A stretch of DNA of 63,951 nucleotides, the filler included, from Sphacelaria rigidula (Eukaryota), in NCBI GenBank assembly GCA_964200075.2. It is 7 parts of 7 records of this genome, joined end to end, with 100 filler letters (N's around TTAATTAATTAA, not from the genome) between each part and the next. Parts side by side here need not be neighbours in the genome. Positions count along the whole stretch, not along the records: positions 18,303 to 27,353 come from CAXNAA020009429.1; positions 27,454 to 36,504 come from CAXNAA020009430.1; positions 36,605 to 45,654 come from CAXNAA020009431.1; 4 more parts are not named here. One strand, 5' to 3'. Positions 24,817 through 37,584 of this stretch are shown one piece after another. The position numbers and the translations under genes were made by a program. The notes beneath the pieces were generated by a model. That model did no database searches and had not been told where the DNA came from. It was given only the letters and a program-made list of their open reading frames with translations. Positions within the stretch are counted from its first letter, which is position 1, and each line of letters begins with the position of its first letter.

Positions 24817-27076
24817 TTAGCGGACCTTTTTGCTAGGAGCGATATCGGTGCGCTTGTCCTGGAGATACGTCATGAGTCGCTTCACCGATACGAGGTACTT
24901 CCGTTGGGCCTCATTGTTCATTATGTGCGCCACGTTTTTGGAAGAAATGCGCTCTCGCCCTGCACGTGGGGACGTCGTGTGAAGATGACGGGCGGCAACA
25001 CGCGAAAGGGAGGGATAGCAGATACGGCCGTTTTATTTGGAAAACATCTCGCCGGACTTCTGCCTTCGGCAACACGTTCTGCAGTATGACGGTTCGGCAA
25101 ACTTTCTTTCGGCCGCGGCGTCAACCTGTCTACCAAAATTAAACAGATCGCTCATTAATACTTGAAAAGAAGGAACGTGCGCAACTACCCTACCAGTCGC
25201 CCCTCGTATTGTGACACGCTGTACCCGCAGCTGCAAAAGTCCTCGAAAAGTTAGCGAAGAAATCGACGAAACCTATACACAACTCATCGTGAGTTGGTTA
25301 CATCTGTCCTTGTTTCTCACCTGATCGCTCGTGAATACCCACCATGGTCAGGCCGATAGGCCAAGGTGCATTCCCGATAGCGGTGAGCAGGTACACATCA
25401 TTTGCTTTCACAAATTCCCCTTCCTTCATGTAGTTGATCATTGTCACCAAGTTGTTCAGGATACCGTCCGGTAGCTCCTTTCATCAAGCGGATCATGATT
25501 CACACCACACAAGAGGATTCAAGTGTCAGATTAATTTGGAGGCAGGTGTTCGATATGAGAGTTGAACACTTTGTTCATCTGCACCAGTAGCGCAACACAC
25601 GCGGGCGTGCGGTTGCAACTAGCAACACGAATTCCAATGAACCAACCGCAAAGGCCCTGACAACTTCCACGACTTCCCGTTACAACGCTTGTGAAATATT
25701 TTTCGAACTCTAGTAGGCGTTTGTCACGCCCCTGTGCCTGAGGTACTGCTAGGCGGGTCGCTACAGATGGATCACATTTGCCGGAATGCCAGCTAGTTGG
25801 AACTTGTCGCATACACAAGCAGCCGAGACACATTAGTAGGGTGAAGCAGTAACTCGGTCCCAACATATATGGCCGGATATATGCACGACACCATGCAGCA
25901 AGCGCAAACCCCAGAATCATGAACAGCGCATTCTTCCCTGCGCATTCTCTTCCCCCATTTCCGCACCTTTTGCTTGCACAGCTTGAACAGCGGACGCATG
26001 TAGTCCTTCGCTTGCTTCTGGGTCTTGGTCTCCAGTTTCCCCTGCACCGTCCGCTTCACGTGGTCCGGTCTCGCGTTCAAGTCCATTTCCCATTCCTTCA
26101 AAAGCCCTCTGAAGAAGCTACGTACTAGCTTATTCCTTGGCATTTCCTTTTCCGGCTTCTCCCCCCCGTCCCCCGCTCCTCCCCCGGCCGCCGCCGCCCC
26201 ACCTTTGCCACCCCCACCCCCGGTGCCGTCAGTGCCTGCCGCCGTCCCATCCATTCCCGCGCTCCTATCGCCTGAGAGTGCGCCGCCTTTTGTTGCTGCG
26301 GCCCTGGCTTGCCTTGCGGCGTCACGATCGTCATCGTCGTCATCTTCATCGTCGGAATCTCCGTCATTCTCACCGGGGGCAATGATCGGTTCGTCTCGAC
26401 CTGTGGCTGCGTCGAGGTGGCTTCCGGTGAGGTCTGCACTCACATTGCCCAGGAACTCGTTGTTCTATTTCAGCGGGTGAACAAGGCATTGGCGTGTCGT
26501 TTCAGGGGCATGTATTCGCGCGGAGAAATGGGGGCAGCATTAATATAACTGAGGGGAGAAGTTGGCAAGGTGAATAGCTATAGAGTCAAGAACGGTACGG
26601 TACATGCTGGTAGTTGATTCGAACAAGCTCGAGAGGGCGGGGGTATCCTATATCAGCGCGAGGGTGGGTGCGGACAGGTGATCATGGTGACATGCTTGTG
26701 CATCATCATTTCGGAATCCTTTGCTGCGCCCCACACCGGTCAACCGTCGCTGACAGTTTATGCGGTACTACTGTGCCTTACACCGTTTGCACATCAAAGC
26801 TGCTCTCCATAAACATGTTACACTACACGATGACCATCACTCGAGGGCATGCTCCTACATCTCATGATATTTAATGAACTTTCACAATCCGAAAATGATT
26901 GACACCTGAACTACGAATCTAAAATCACTCACAACGTTGTGGCCATCTGCGAGCGTGTAGTCATCTTGGTGATGCCCCTTATCCTCTTCGGCCGACAAGA
27001 GTCGTGCGGTTCGCTGTACGTGTGTCTCACCGAACAGCGTAACTGGCAAACCCATCGAGCGAAGTCGCATTTTTGC
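24817..27076 (-). CDS. PRP18: Pre-mRNA splicing factor Prp18, 5'-truncated; exons 27076-26933, 26464-25967, 25477-25321, 24959-24817
   Basis: PRP4-type motif [15 protein letters not shown]; Prp18 motifs [33 protein letters not shown] and [22 protein letters not shown]; all splice phases consistent. Confidence 0.95.
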
Positions 27077-27223
27077 CTGCAATATACGAAGAAGAGAGGG
27101 GAACCATCGGGGCCCTTTAACGTCATATAATAACAACCAATACGCAGAAAAGCATGCTTGCCGTCTGTACATTTCCTTCTTCATTTCGCGGGGGCTGAAT
27201 GAGTTATATGGGCAGGTGTAAGT

Positions 27224-27310
27224 GCCGCGCCCCGGTGGTATAATGGTCCGACTGTCGCCATTGGGGTGGAGAGAACGGGGGTTCGATTCCCGATGCGTTG
27301 GTTTTTTTCT
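27224..27310 (+). pseudogene. tRNA-like (Pro-like) pseudogene or SINE head in a Prp18 intron
   Basis: A box tggtataatgg, B box ggttcgattcc, TGG in the anticodon region, T7 run; acceptor stem poor. Confidence 0.55.
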
Positions 27311-27353
27311 TCGTAATGTATGATTTCCACCGTGGAAAGCGTGAGAACGTGAG

Positions 27354-27453
27354 NNNNNNNNNNNNNNNNNNNNNNNNNNNNNNNNNNNNNNNNNNNNTTA
27401 ATTAATTAANNNNNNNNNNNNNNNNNNNNNNNNNNNNNNNNNNNNNNNNNNNN
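27354..27453. other. Artificial scaffold spacer
   Basis: Same 100-nt linker. Confidence 0.98.
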
Positions 27454-28304
27454 CGGCATGGGCGGACTCCTACACGCCACGCTAGCAACAGTTAGGTCAC
27501 CACCATAGGTATCTTTTTTCACTCCGCATGTCAAGAAGGTCTCTACAAGTGTTTGATCTCTCATACACCTCCCTTAACTGGCGTGTGGCACGCTGTTCTG
27601 CTCGGACACCCGATTAGGGGGAGGTCGGGGAAAAGCGACGATGAATAGCACCCCCTAAGTTCAAATTGGATCTATCTGTTATTGCCGCAGCACCACCCTT
27701 GCTGGCATGTGTGTGACAGAGGACAGTCGTAGCGGTGACGGGAACGTTGCCCTGTTTTTCAACGTGTTCTTCACTGCACAGACGCGTGTCTTGTCCAAAA
27801 AGAGAGGCAGAGAGAGATTGATTTCCGCATCAACCAAGGAAGAAGAGATGAAATCTCTCCGCAGCTCGGTGTTCTGGCACAACATGTAAAAAAATGGGTA
27901 CATGTTGGTAACATCGATGATGTGCTAGTCTCTCGAGCGGTATTGGTAATCGCCGAGCGAAGACACGCAAAGGACACGGGCGAGGAGCTTCCTCTCCGTC
28001 GTTGCTTCTCTCTCTGGCGATATCGTCATCGACAATCGTGTACACCGTATGTGTTGGATGCACCTAGCCCGAACTGCTCAACTCCTTCTGCGGAGTTTTG
28101 AGGGGGAAGATACTTTCGCTCTGTGTTAGGCGGTGTTTTAACGAAACAAGGAAAATGATGATCATTTCGTGATAGTGATGGTGAAGTGACCGTTCACAAC
28201 TTCACTCTCACGAGAAATCACACACCGTTCTTATCGAGTATGCTAGGGTGGGAAACAAGTGATGCAGAACCGGTAAAACAGCACGCGAACAGACCGCGAC
28301 TTCA

Positions 28305-28888
28305 AGGAGGGCAGCAATCACGCGCAAGGGGGTATGGGTATTGTCGTAGGTCGAAACGCGGACCGCCCCCCGCACGAGAAGAAGAAGGAACAGCAGCAGT
28401 ATCAGCAGCATCGTTACTGCCAGTATATGTACGCGGCTGGGGTGGGTCTAAATCAGCCGGTGCCGATACTGCTGCTGCTGCCGTTCCTACTCATGAGAGA
28501 AACGGTCCGTGTTTCAATCGTGCTACAACCCCCACGCACCTTGCACGTGATAGCCAACGTGCTGGAAAGCGCTGGTCCGTACTACCCGTCGATAGGCCTA
28601 TGCTTGCTCACTAGGCTAAGTTCTGGGAGATACTTGTATAGCTGCGCGTATCTCCGTGTGCGAGCTGTGCACGTCGGGTGTGTCTCGCACGCGTGGCTGC
28701 TGCTGGTAATGGGAATGAAGCCAGCGTCCAATACAGGGGAAAACAAGTGATCCTACTGTCTGTATGGGGGTATCAACACGCCAACACATCGTAGTATACT
28801 TTAAAGAATACTACTGTAGGAGGGAGCAATAACGCGCCAGGTCATGGGTATTGCCGCACGTCGAAACGCGGACCGCCTCCCGCACGAG

Positions 28889-28929
<41 letters not shown>

Positions 28930-29745
28930 TCTTTATTGCCAGTAAATGTGTACGGCTAGGGGTGGGTCTGAATCAGCCAGTGCCGGTACTGCTGCTGCTG
29001 CTGCTGCTGCCATTTTTCCTCATGCGAGAGACGGTGCGCGTTTCAATCGTGCTAGAACGCCCACACAGCTTGCGCGTGATAGCCACCATGCCCAAAAGCG
29101 CTGGTCCGTACTGCCCGCTGATACGTCAATGCTCTTTCACCAACCTAAGTGCTAGAAGATTCAGCTGTGTGCATCTCTCTGTGCGAGCTGTACACATCGG
29201 GTGTGTCTCGCACGCGTGGCTATTGCTGGTGATGGCGTTCAAAGAATATGGCTAGCGTCCAACACAAGGGAAAACAAGTGATATGTACTTGTACTGAAAT
29301 GCTACAGCAGTATTTTGATACAATATAAGGGTAACAACACGCAAACAGATCATAATCGATTTCAAGTGGGGAGGAGAAAATAACGCGCCAGGTGGATGGG
29401 TATTGTCGCACGTCGAAACGCAGACCACCTCCCGCACGAGAAGAAGCAGCAGTAGCAGCAGCAGCAGCAGCATCTTTATTACCAGTAAATCTGTACGGTT
29501 GGAGGTGGTTTTGAATCAGCTGGTACCGATGCTGCTGCTGCTGCTGCTGCTCTTCATCGTGGACGGTCCGCGTTTCGACGGTGCGACAACACCCACGCAC
29601 CTTGCGAGTGATGACCACTGTGCTGGAGAGCGTTGGTACGTACTACCCGCCGATGGGTCTATGCTTGCTTACTCGGCGAGGCTCTGGGAAAAATAGCTGT
29701 GCACGTGGAGTGTATCTGTCTCCCACGCGTGGCTACTGCTAGTGA
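28305..29745. repeat. Three tandem ~510-550 bp units, each with a ~235-250 nt hairpin
   Basis: Hairpins at 28317-28551, 28829-29080 and 29380-29612 with (CAG)n/(CTG)n inner stems and unique-sequence outer stems. Confidence 0.92.
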
Positions 29746-31739
29746 CGGGATCCCAACTGTCTGTCCCATGAAGCGCTCAACAGCCCACTCCTTCCAACCA
29801 TGTCATGTTCCTCTTCGCATTCTCACGCGAATGCCCCTCCGCTCTCACGAGAATTATTTCCCCAAACATTAATTTTCGTTAGGCCGTGTCTTATCAAAGT
29901 ATTTTCGTGTCCAACACGTGCAGTCGAATCGAATTCCCTCGTTTGATTCGCCCACGCTCTTTATCTTCTCAGATGGTTGAGAACACGGATACCGTGGACG
30001 TATCAGGTAGGAGCAAATTCGATTCCACCGTACGTTTTCGAGTCGAAAATAATTTGATAAGAAACTTCCTGAGAGCAATTTTGGGGGAGGTGAGAATGTG
30101 GCATCAACTCACAACCAATCGGGATCATGAAAAAAAACAAAAATCCCCAACCGTCATAATCACCATCACTATCACGTCGCGTTCTCACGTTTTTGGACTC
30201 GATAAAACGGACCCTCACTGTTTCATATTTTCCCTACGAGAAAGAAATGCCACTTCAACCCAATTTTTCAGGATCCGCTGTTTATTGAAAAATCGCACCT
30301 AGTTCTACCTACCCGAATTTTGGTGAGGATATTGAGGCAACACCCAAGCAATATTCTATACCCGGGAAAGATTACATAACCAATATTTGGGTAGAGTATT
30401 GAGATCGTACCCAATCGACCCACAACTTGGATGAAGTAAACATACCCCCTGGGTATTATACCAGAGGACTCGAAAGTAGACACTCTACCCGACCCGCCCT
30501 TGAATGGTTTCACCAACAACGACGTTCTATTTGTGAAATATGGGACCTTATGTCGTCGAAAGACTCGCGTGGAAATTGCACCTGTTTTTAGGTGGTCTCG
30601 ACTCTTGAATTCCTGTCTCGACGTGCCGTGTTTTCTTCGCTAGCACTACCTCAAGGCTACGGTGGATGGGGATATGCGTCGAAGAGCTTCCCGCTACGTC
30701 GACCCGAGCTTTTTCTCGATACGCTCGCTGCACGAGCCAACCCAAGTATGTACGCGCCCATGTATGATCAACAGCAGGCTCTGGCTTTGATCCACAAACA
30801 AATGGACAGACGGTCGCCCTGGGCACTTTAGTGATTCAACGACTGGAACACGGGCACACGAAATACAACACTCACCAGCTCGCCACGACGTCTGTTCGCC
30901 CGTGTATGCCTACACTACTGGATGCTGGTATGCACTGGAGAAACATTCTGCTGTTTTCAGACATTAACTACAACCCGAAACTGATTTGCGCCCTGTAACG
31001 TTTTTCTTCGACACGCTCAGCGATCCACACAGGTCCAACCTCACCTACTGTCACTTTTGGACGCATTCAGTTTCACGAGCGGTGTTCGAGTCTGTCGAGA
31101 TTTCCACCGAAAATACCGCGAAAAAACACGACACACACGACCAAAAATTAACCCCAAACAGAAAAGGCGACATTCCAGTTCGTGTCATATACATGTCATC
31201 ATATTTATACGGAAACATCGCGCAAACGGTTGACGCCGGGCTTGTGCAGTATGACAATTTCACTTTCGATTACAATATACACATGAACAAGTATATATTA
31301 CGCCGACCACATTGATCACCCACGGGGGATTTTACCTCGAAACCATACACGCGTACTACAGTAATGTACTGACTAGCAGCATCATTTCACGCCTCTCGCA
31401 CACCGGCACAGAGTACAGTAGGGCACCCAAGGATCTATTTCTTGCATACCTCGATGAAGGACATGGAAAAGAGTTTTCTGGGGCTGACATCAGGCACTCA
31501 CTTTCCCACTAACTGCGACGTTTGAGGGCTGGTCCGAGAAACTACTGTCGTCAGGGGAAAGCACTAATGCAAAAATTTTCGGGTATTGTTCTGAAACGAC
31601 CCCTACCAGCAGAAAAAGAATCAGGAAATAAAGGGTTTCGAAAACTGCGCAAGTAAGGATTTGCCAGACCCGAGTGGAACCAGAATATCTATTTACTTAT
31701 TCCTCACTCGGCACTCTTCAAACTCCGATCAGTGGGAGA

Positions 31740-34700
31740 ATTCTACGACAAACACATGAGCCGCAAAGTCGCCAACCAAAACTCTTCAAACGCGCTTCTA
31801 TTTCCAACTGCACCGTTCTCGATCTCTTACCCACCCCAACACCCCGTAAATAGTCACCAAAGACAACAGCTAGATCCAATACGTGATACTACAAGCAGCA
31901 CCGTCTGCCCAGTGCATGTTGCCACCATGTGCCCTAGAGTCGCATCTAGCAAACATGACATCGAAATCAACATCACAAGGATGGCGTCGATTTCCTCTTC
32001 CAGTGAAGTACCATTTCACCCCTATTCAATGGTAGCCGGTTCACCGTTGATGCGTCACGCCGTATGACCTTTGGCAAATAAAACATCCCACAGCCGAGAA
32101 TTGGTTGATCAGTTTTCGGCATCGATCGATCGACACGAGGACTCCTTTCTGGAAGAAGACCGAGCGCATTGTTCATGGCGTTTCATGCACGCAACTGCGT
32201 TTGTTCGCAGAGGATGGGGATTCTGCCGCTCCTATGCAACAAGTTTACAGCTTCAAGGCGTATGCCCATCATGGTGAGCATCTACACATCTCTTCAAGTC
32301 ACACTTCATCCTTTCACCCCCTAACTTCACCCCTCTCCCCCACCAGTACACTAGCTGTACACAGGATGATACCATAACCGAAAACACGAACGGCTCAACA
32401 ATGTCCGAACAACACTGGTTAGACGGGTGTTGGTGGATGGGTGGGATGAAAAAATACATATCATCACTGGGTCACACATATCACTCGAAATGAAAACATG
32501 TACATATGAGTCTCTGCTTGTCACGAAAAACGGTGATACTTTCCCGTGTATGCTCAAGCAACAAAAGTCAGTTGATTCCCGCTCACCAGCGGCCAAGCTA
32601 ATTCACGCACAAACCATGTCAGCCTGGTGGGCGACAGCGTAAGTTGGGTCTCCCAAGACAGGGTATATAGCAAATGTACCACATCCAACGTGCCCTAGAC
32701 GTTTTTCAGACTGTGGAGTCCGCACCGCTTCCCTTTTCGTTGTAAATGCAACCTTGACCTTCATGTGTCCAGCAGAATGCAGGATGCATTCCCCTCGTCT
32801 CCCTTCGCTTCCGACCGCCAAAACCCAAGGCGTCAAATTTGTCGGATGTTGACTAATTGGTGATGCGGCGCACAGTACATTCATCATAACTCCATGCATG
32901 ACATCATACATGACCTCGCCACACCTCATGTCAAGCCCACCACTGCCGCCTCGCCTTGACAAGCTCGGGGACAAAACAAAATCGTTTGTTCCTGGCGTAC
33001 TCGCCCGTATCTTCCCCCTTCTGCAACGCCACACAGCGGGACACCCCCCCATGGGGAAAGAACCCAAACTCGCCCCCGGCGCGATGATACTTGGCGATAG
33101 CATCCCCAAGCGAGATGTTCTCCGACGCGGGCCACTCCGCGAGCGTCGCTCTGGTGTAGTCCAACATAGGTGCGTCAGCGTGACTAGCGTAGGTAAAATT
33201 GAGTTGCACCCGCTCCTGGGCGCCGCCCTCAATAATAGCGGGTGTACGAGATGCCGGGAAAAGTAAGCGATCCTCCGTGAATGTGACATGCCCGACACAT
33301 CGCCGGCCCACGCCGCCTGAACCGCCGAAGCCCGCAACCGCCGGCGGCCAGTCGTGCACGGCTTCACTGTTCCCTTCGGAACTGGACTCCACCACGTATA
33401 GCTCTCGGCCGTTGTCAACACCATCGCGTCGAAGGGAGTGCACCTTCGTTGCGTGGAGCAAGGTAATATGGGGGTGGCTTTTGGCATCTTCAAATTCCAA
33501 CTTAAACTTACCATTGCACGCGAGCGTCGCGCAACTATATATGCTTGACAAGCTCGAGTCGACGGGCACAGCTGGATATTTGACCGGATTTTTTACGTCT
33601 AATTGGCCGTTCATTACGATGCGATAGCGCCCCCCCCCCCCGTGATATTTCCCTCTACCCCCCCACCGGTCCGCGCCTGGCGATTCTAGGGCNNNNNNNN
33701 NNGTGGCGGGGCACAGCTGGATTTTTGCCCGGTTTTTTTCCGCCTATTTGGCCGTTCATTCCGACCCCCCCCCCCCCCCCCCTTGATAATTTCAACTCTC
33801 CCCACTCTTCTCGAGGCGTCGGCAGTCTCATAGACGCACCTCATCTGTCCCCGGGAACGTATCTAGCACTCTTGTATCGCAAATCAGAGCAGCACTCCCT
33901 TACCGTATCGACTTTACCTCGAACTTTCACTCTGTTCATGTTCTCACGTGTTCAATCCCGGAAATCATTAACTCCTGAGAACAATAACGGGGACCGAACC
34001 CGCCACTCCGCCGCAACCGTTTTGTCCGGTATATCCCAGAAGTATTCTCGCTCAAGTACCGTCACTATCTTTGCGGGACATCAAACTGGAAACAGTGCAC
34101 TTCAAGGAACTACTCGCTTGCTACGCCTAGCCATGAAGCACGTATGCGCGGCAACAAATATTTGAGTTCATGACAGCTTCGTCATCCTCCTTCTCTCGCT
34201 ATCTCCCCGTAACCCTTGTGCAGTTACGGTACCCCCTGCCGAGTTTCCCGTGGCGACGGAACACCTGCTCTTACCCAGTCCTATCAACACACCTTAGGTT
34301 GTGCTTGTTCCAAGCACGATCTACTGTCGTCTCGCTCTCCTGCTCGCCCTAGCCAGAGCTTCGCGCCGCACGGAGGCAGCAAGTCGATCTCGCCTCGGAC
34401 ATCAAAGTGAACCGTTATCTGCCCCTCGTGTTGGTCATGCTCCACGGCTAGCACACGGCAGCAGTAGAACCGCCCTGGGGAATTTCTGACCCAACTGCTC
34501 ACGACTTGGTTACGACCCACGTGGTCCCGCCATCGCACGGCACGTACTGCACCTGCAGGATTCCAAGAGGATGACATGTACATGGCGGACAGGGTTAGGG
34601 TTTTCGGGGGCGTCGGTTGGGACGCACTATCTACATCCGCCGCGTATCGATCGTTCTTGAGTAGATCCTGGATCCTCTCGACACGCTGGGGAGCTTCTTG

Positions 34701-35214
34701 TCCGGCTGACCACATGGCAAGCGCTCCTACGCCGCCCATGGTGTTCAGCACTTCCCGCAAAGGATAGAGCGTCGGTCCAACATTCTTCCTCACCCGGAAG
34801 AACCACTGACTGTACCAGCGCTCAGACAGGCTGACCGTTACGCCACCACAATGTGCACCGTTGAACGTGTTCAGCCGCATCGCCGTCTCGGTGTCAAAGG
34901 GTCGACATATCGTATGTGTGGTTGGCAATGCGTTCACACGGTAAACTTGAACCTCGTGTTGCCGATTCACGTGTAAGTTAAGGTCACGAATTGACCGTTT
35001 CGCCTCGTCGAGAAGCTGACGACATCTGCATCTTTCCGCTACAAGTCGGAATCCACAAATATTTGACACTACGGTAGGAGGGGGTGGGCCGGTTCAACTC
35101 TTCGCCTGCGAAGTATCCCACCGTTTTCAGTCTATTCAAGATACCTAGAGCTTCGTGGTAAGAGAGATAATTGTACTGTAACCCCTCAACCCTTTGGCTA
35201 CCAGGGTGGGCCAC
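31740..35214 (-). pseudogene. Decayed intronless long coding region of unknown origin
   Basis: ORF remnants 34284-35069 (261 aa) and 32931-33614 (227 aa) plus stop-interrupted connecting frames; no obvious introns. Confidence 0.5.
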
Positions 35215-35943
35215 GTTGGTCTCAGATTATCATCAAGTGAAAATGACGCCGAGTCAACACATGACCCGCCCTGACGGTGAAAGGGTTGATCCTTTGACCG
35301 CTAGGGTAGGTGAACTGTTGAATCGGCATCGTTTTCGCTTGAAATCGGCATACTTTGTTCACTTGGACAAAAGGCAAACTGATGCTGATTCAACAGATCA
35401 CCTACCCTGGGGCACGGGTCTACAAAAAACATCCTGGACCCCGAGCCCGCTTTTTTTTTGTGGAGAACAGTGAAGATATCATGCAAGAAATCGTTTTTGG
35501 TCCTTCTTCGTCGTTTTACGCCCTGGAGAGCTAGGCGGAGTTTGACATCTCGGAATGACTTGCTCTACTCGTTGAGACGGTTCCAAGGTATCTTCGCGTT
35601 TTCCGGTGGCGACTGTTTTCCTTTTCACCGAACGTGCAGTATTATCAAACGACGGTGAAGAACGATCGGATCTAGAAAACATAATGCCATGTTTCTCTGG
35701 ACTTGGCCGTCTTTTGACAAGAAATGCTTGTTTGGCCAAAATAAAATTCGCGACCACCGGAAAACGCAAATGCCGTGGAGCCGTCTCAACGGGTAGTGCA
35801 AGTCATTTCCAAGGTGCCACACACCCCGGCTAGCTATCTTTTAGGGCGTGAAACGAAGAACAAAAAAATCATATTTACAGGACTTCTTTCTTGCTTGCCA
35901 TAAGGAGCGGCCCAACCCATTCTTTCGTTTTCGGTGCTTCAGT

Positions 35944-36444
35944 CCGCGAACTCATTTGTTGCTTGCTCTGCTGTTGTCATTCGACCATTAACCACGCATC
36001 CCTTTCGAGACGAACGGCCGTTGCTACTCCTCAAAGTGACACCTTCAATAATTGAGCGCCCATTACGTTTCTTCGATACTCTATACAAAAACCATGTACA
36101 TATCTTATCCCCGTCCTGTTTCGCCGTCTGTGGCCACCATCCATCTCCTAGGATAGCCATCGTTTTCTCCCTACTGTCTAATGCATCAAACGATTTCATG
36201 CCACCTTTGTTCACGTCCCGCATTTCCCCCTCTAGCACTTCCCGTTTCTCCTTGTATTCTCTACATTTTGCCACTGTATAAGTTCTTCTCTCTATTGCTT
36301 TACCGCAGGAGCAATTTTTATGCATCTACTTCCTCCTCCTCTCGACTGCTGGTACATGTCGTTCTAATTTCTGGCAGGTCAAGGGTCTCCCACGCGAAAT
36401 CGCATTTTAAACTATTTCGCCAACTATTTCGCGTCTCCATTGGG
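35944..36444 (-). mobile_element. LINE (RTE/RTEX-like) ORF2 C-terminal fragment
   Basis: MRFRVG, REEEEVDA, C.CGKAIE (CCHC-like zinc-finger relic), AILGDGWWPQTAKQ and SRKGCVVNG segments; 3' end shared with many short copies. Confidence 0.8.
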
Positions 36445-36504
36445 GAGTCATCCTACGATAGGGGGGGGGGGGGTATTTGGTTGCACGAAAAATGAACCTC
36501 ATAA
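36445..36504. mobile_element. Terminus of MITE family B, adjoining the LINE and cut by the scaffold end
   Basis: GAGTCATCCTACGATAG-G-run-ta.ttggttgcacgaa matches the reverse complement of 61300-61357. Confidence 0.85.
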
Positions 36505-36604
36505 NNNNNNNNNNNNNNNNNNNNNNNNNNNNNNNNNNNNNNNNNNNNTTAATTAATTAANNNNNNNNNNNNNNNNNNNNNNNNNNNNNNNNNNNNNNNN
36601 NNNN
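36505..36604. other. Artificial scaffold spacer
   Basis: Same 100-nt linker. Confidence 0.98.
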
Positions 36605-36720
36605 TGACTACGGCAAGCAACAAATGAGTACGCCCCCCCCCCCTGCGAGGTCAATGGTCTGATGACTATGGCATGCATGATCATGAGTACACACCTCCCC
36701 CTCCCCCTTCCCCCTTCTTT
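36605..36720 (+). mobile_element. Two tandem LINE 3' ends with C-rich tails
   Basis: gcaagcaacaaatgagtacg-C-run, then gcgaggtcaatggtctgatgactatggcatgcatgatcatgagtacac (second variant also at 6440-6490). Confidence 0.8.
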
Positions 36721-36816
36721 TGTTTTTTTTACCCTTCAACTCTCACTTTTTTCGAGTATTCTTCGAGCTAGTGTTTTCGTGTTTTTTTGTTTTACATCTT
36801 GGGCACGTACGTCTCA

Positions 36817-37015
36817 TGGATCATGACCACTCATTGTCGGATTCGTAGCGGATCAGTGAACCCTTCAGGAACCCAGTACTGATTTTTGTGTTTGTGAATC
36901 GGCATCATTTTCTCTCATTTTCAACCTGAAATGATGCCGATCCACAACAACAAAAATTAGCACTGGGTTCCCAAAGGGTTAATGTCTGACGAATCAAATC
37001 AAACTCATGATCCAT
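36817..37015. mobile_element. Palindromic MITE-like element
   Basis: aaccctt..ggaacccagt.ct.atttttgt..ttgtg.atcggcatcattt and its reverse complement; right side has gggttaa (piggyBac-like). Confidence 0.7.
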
Positions 37016-37584
37016 CAATCAACCTTCCGTTATTGACGTGGGTGTTGGTGTCCGAGTCAGACCACTGCGGTGCGGCGGCTACAGAGGGCTACAAATTTAA
37101 TCCCACGAAGCTCTGAGGTCTCTTTACAGGATAGGGGTCTAGGAGAGCAGTGGTACGAACCAGGGTCATCATCCAAATCACAGTCTCACACACCGTGGAC
37201 AACAGAACAGACTGTCGAAAGGTGTACTGTGTATAGTATCGACTATTGCGCCTATTGCAGCAGACAATAGATCCGATACTGAAAGCAGCACATTTGAAAA
37301 AAATAATAGAATCTATCGTCCAGGGTGTGCAGTCTCGTGGGGAAAAGGTTGTGGTGAAGTCATGATACAGTACTGTAGTGTTTTTGCAGGGAAAAACAAC
37401 GTGTATGTGTATGGAAGTGTCAACGCGTTGTGTACGTTTGTTTTTTTCTTTTGATGAAATAAACATGAATGCCAACTTTATTTTGAAATCTGCAATCATT
37501 TTTGTAGTAGCTACAAGGTCTGAGGCCCCTACTCGTACCCTTCCCCCGCATGGTCCGCCTTTGCCTGTGCATCCTTTCCTGTAG

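Noticed and set aside
28334-29696. Poly-Leu, poly-Ser and poly-Gln ORFs in the tandem units
   Set aside because: Frames shift between copies; they are by-products of CAG/CTG tracts
30592-30746. Isolated AG/GT-bounded exon candidate (VVSTLEFLSRRAVF...)
   Set aside because: No partner exons and no recognisable motif
33565-33780. Direct duplication flanking a 10-N gap
   Set aside because: Looks like a low-quality overlapping read end with substitutions biased toward C/T homopolymers; treated as an assembly artefact
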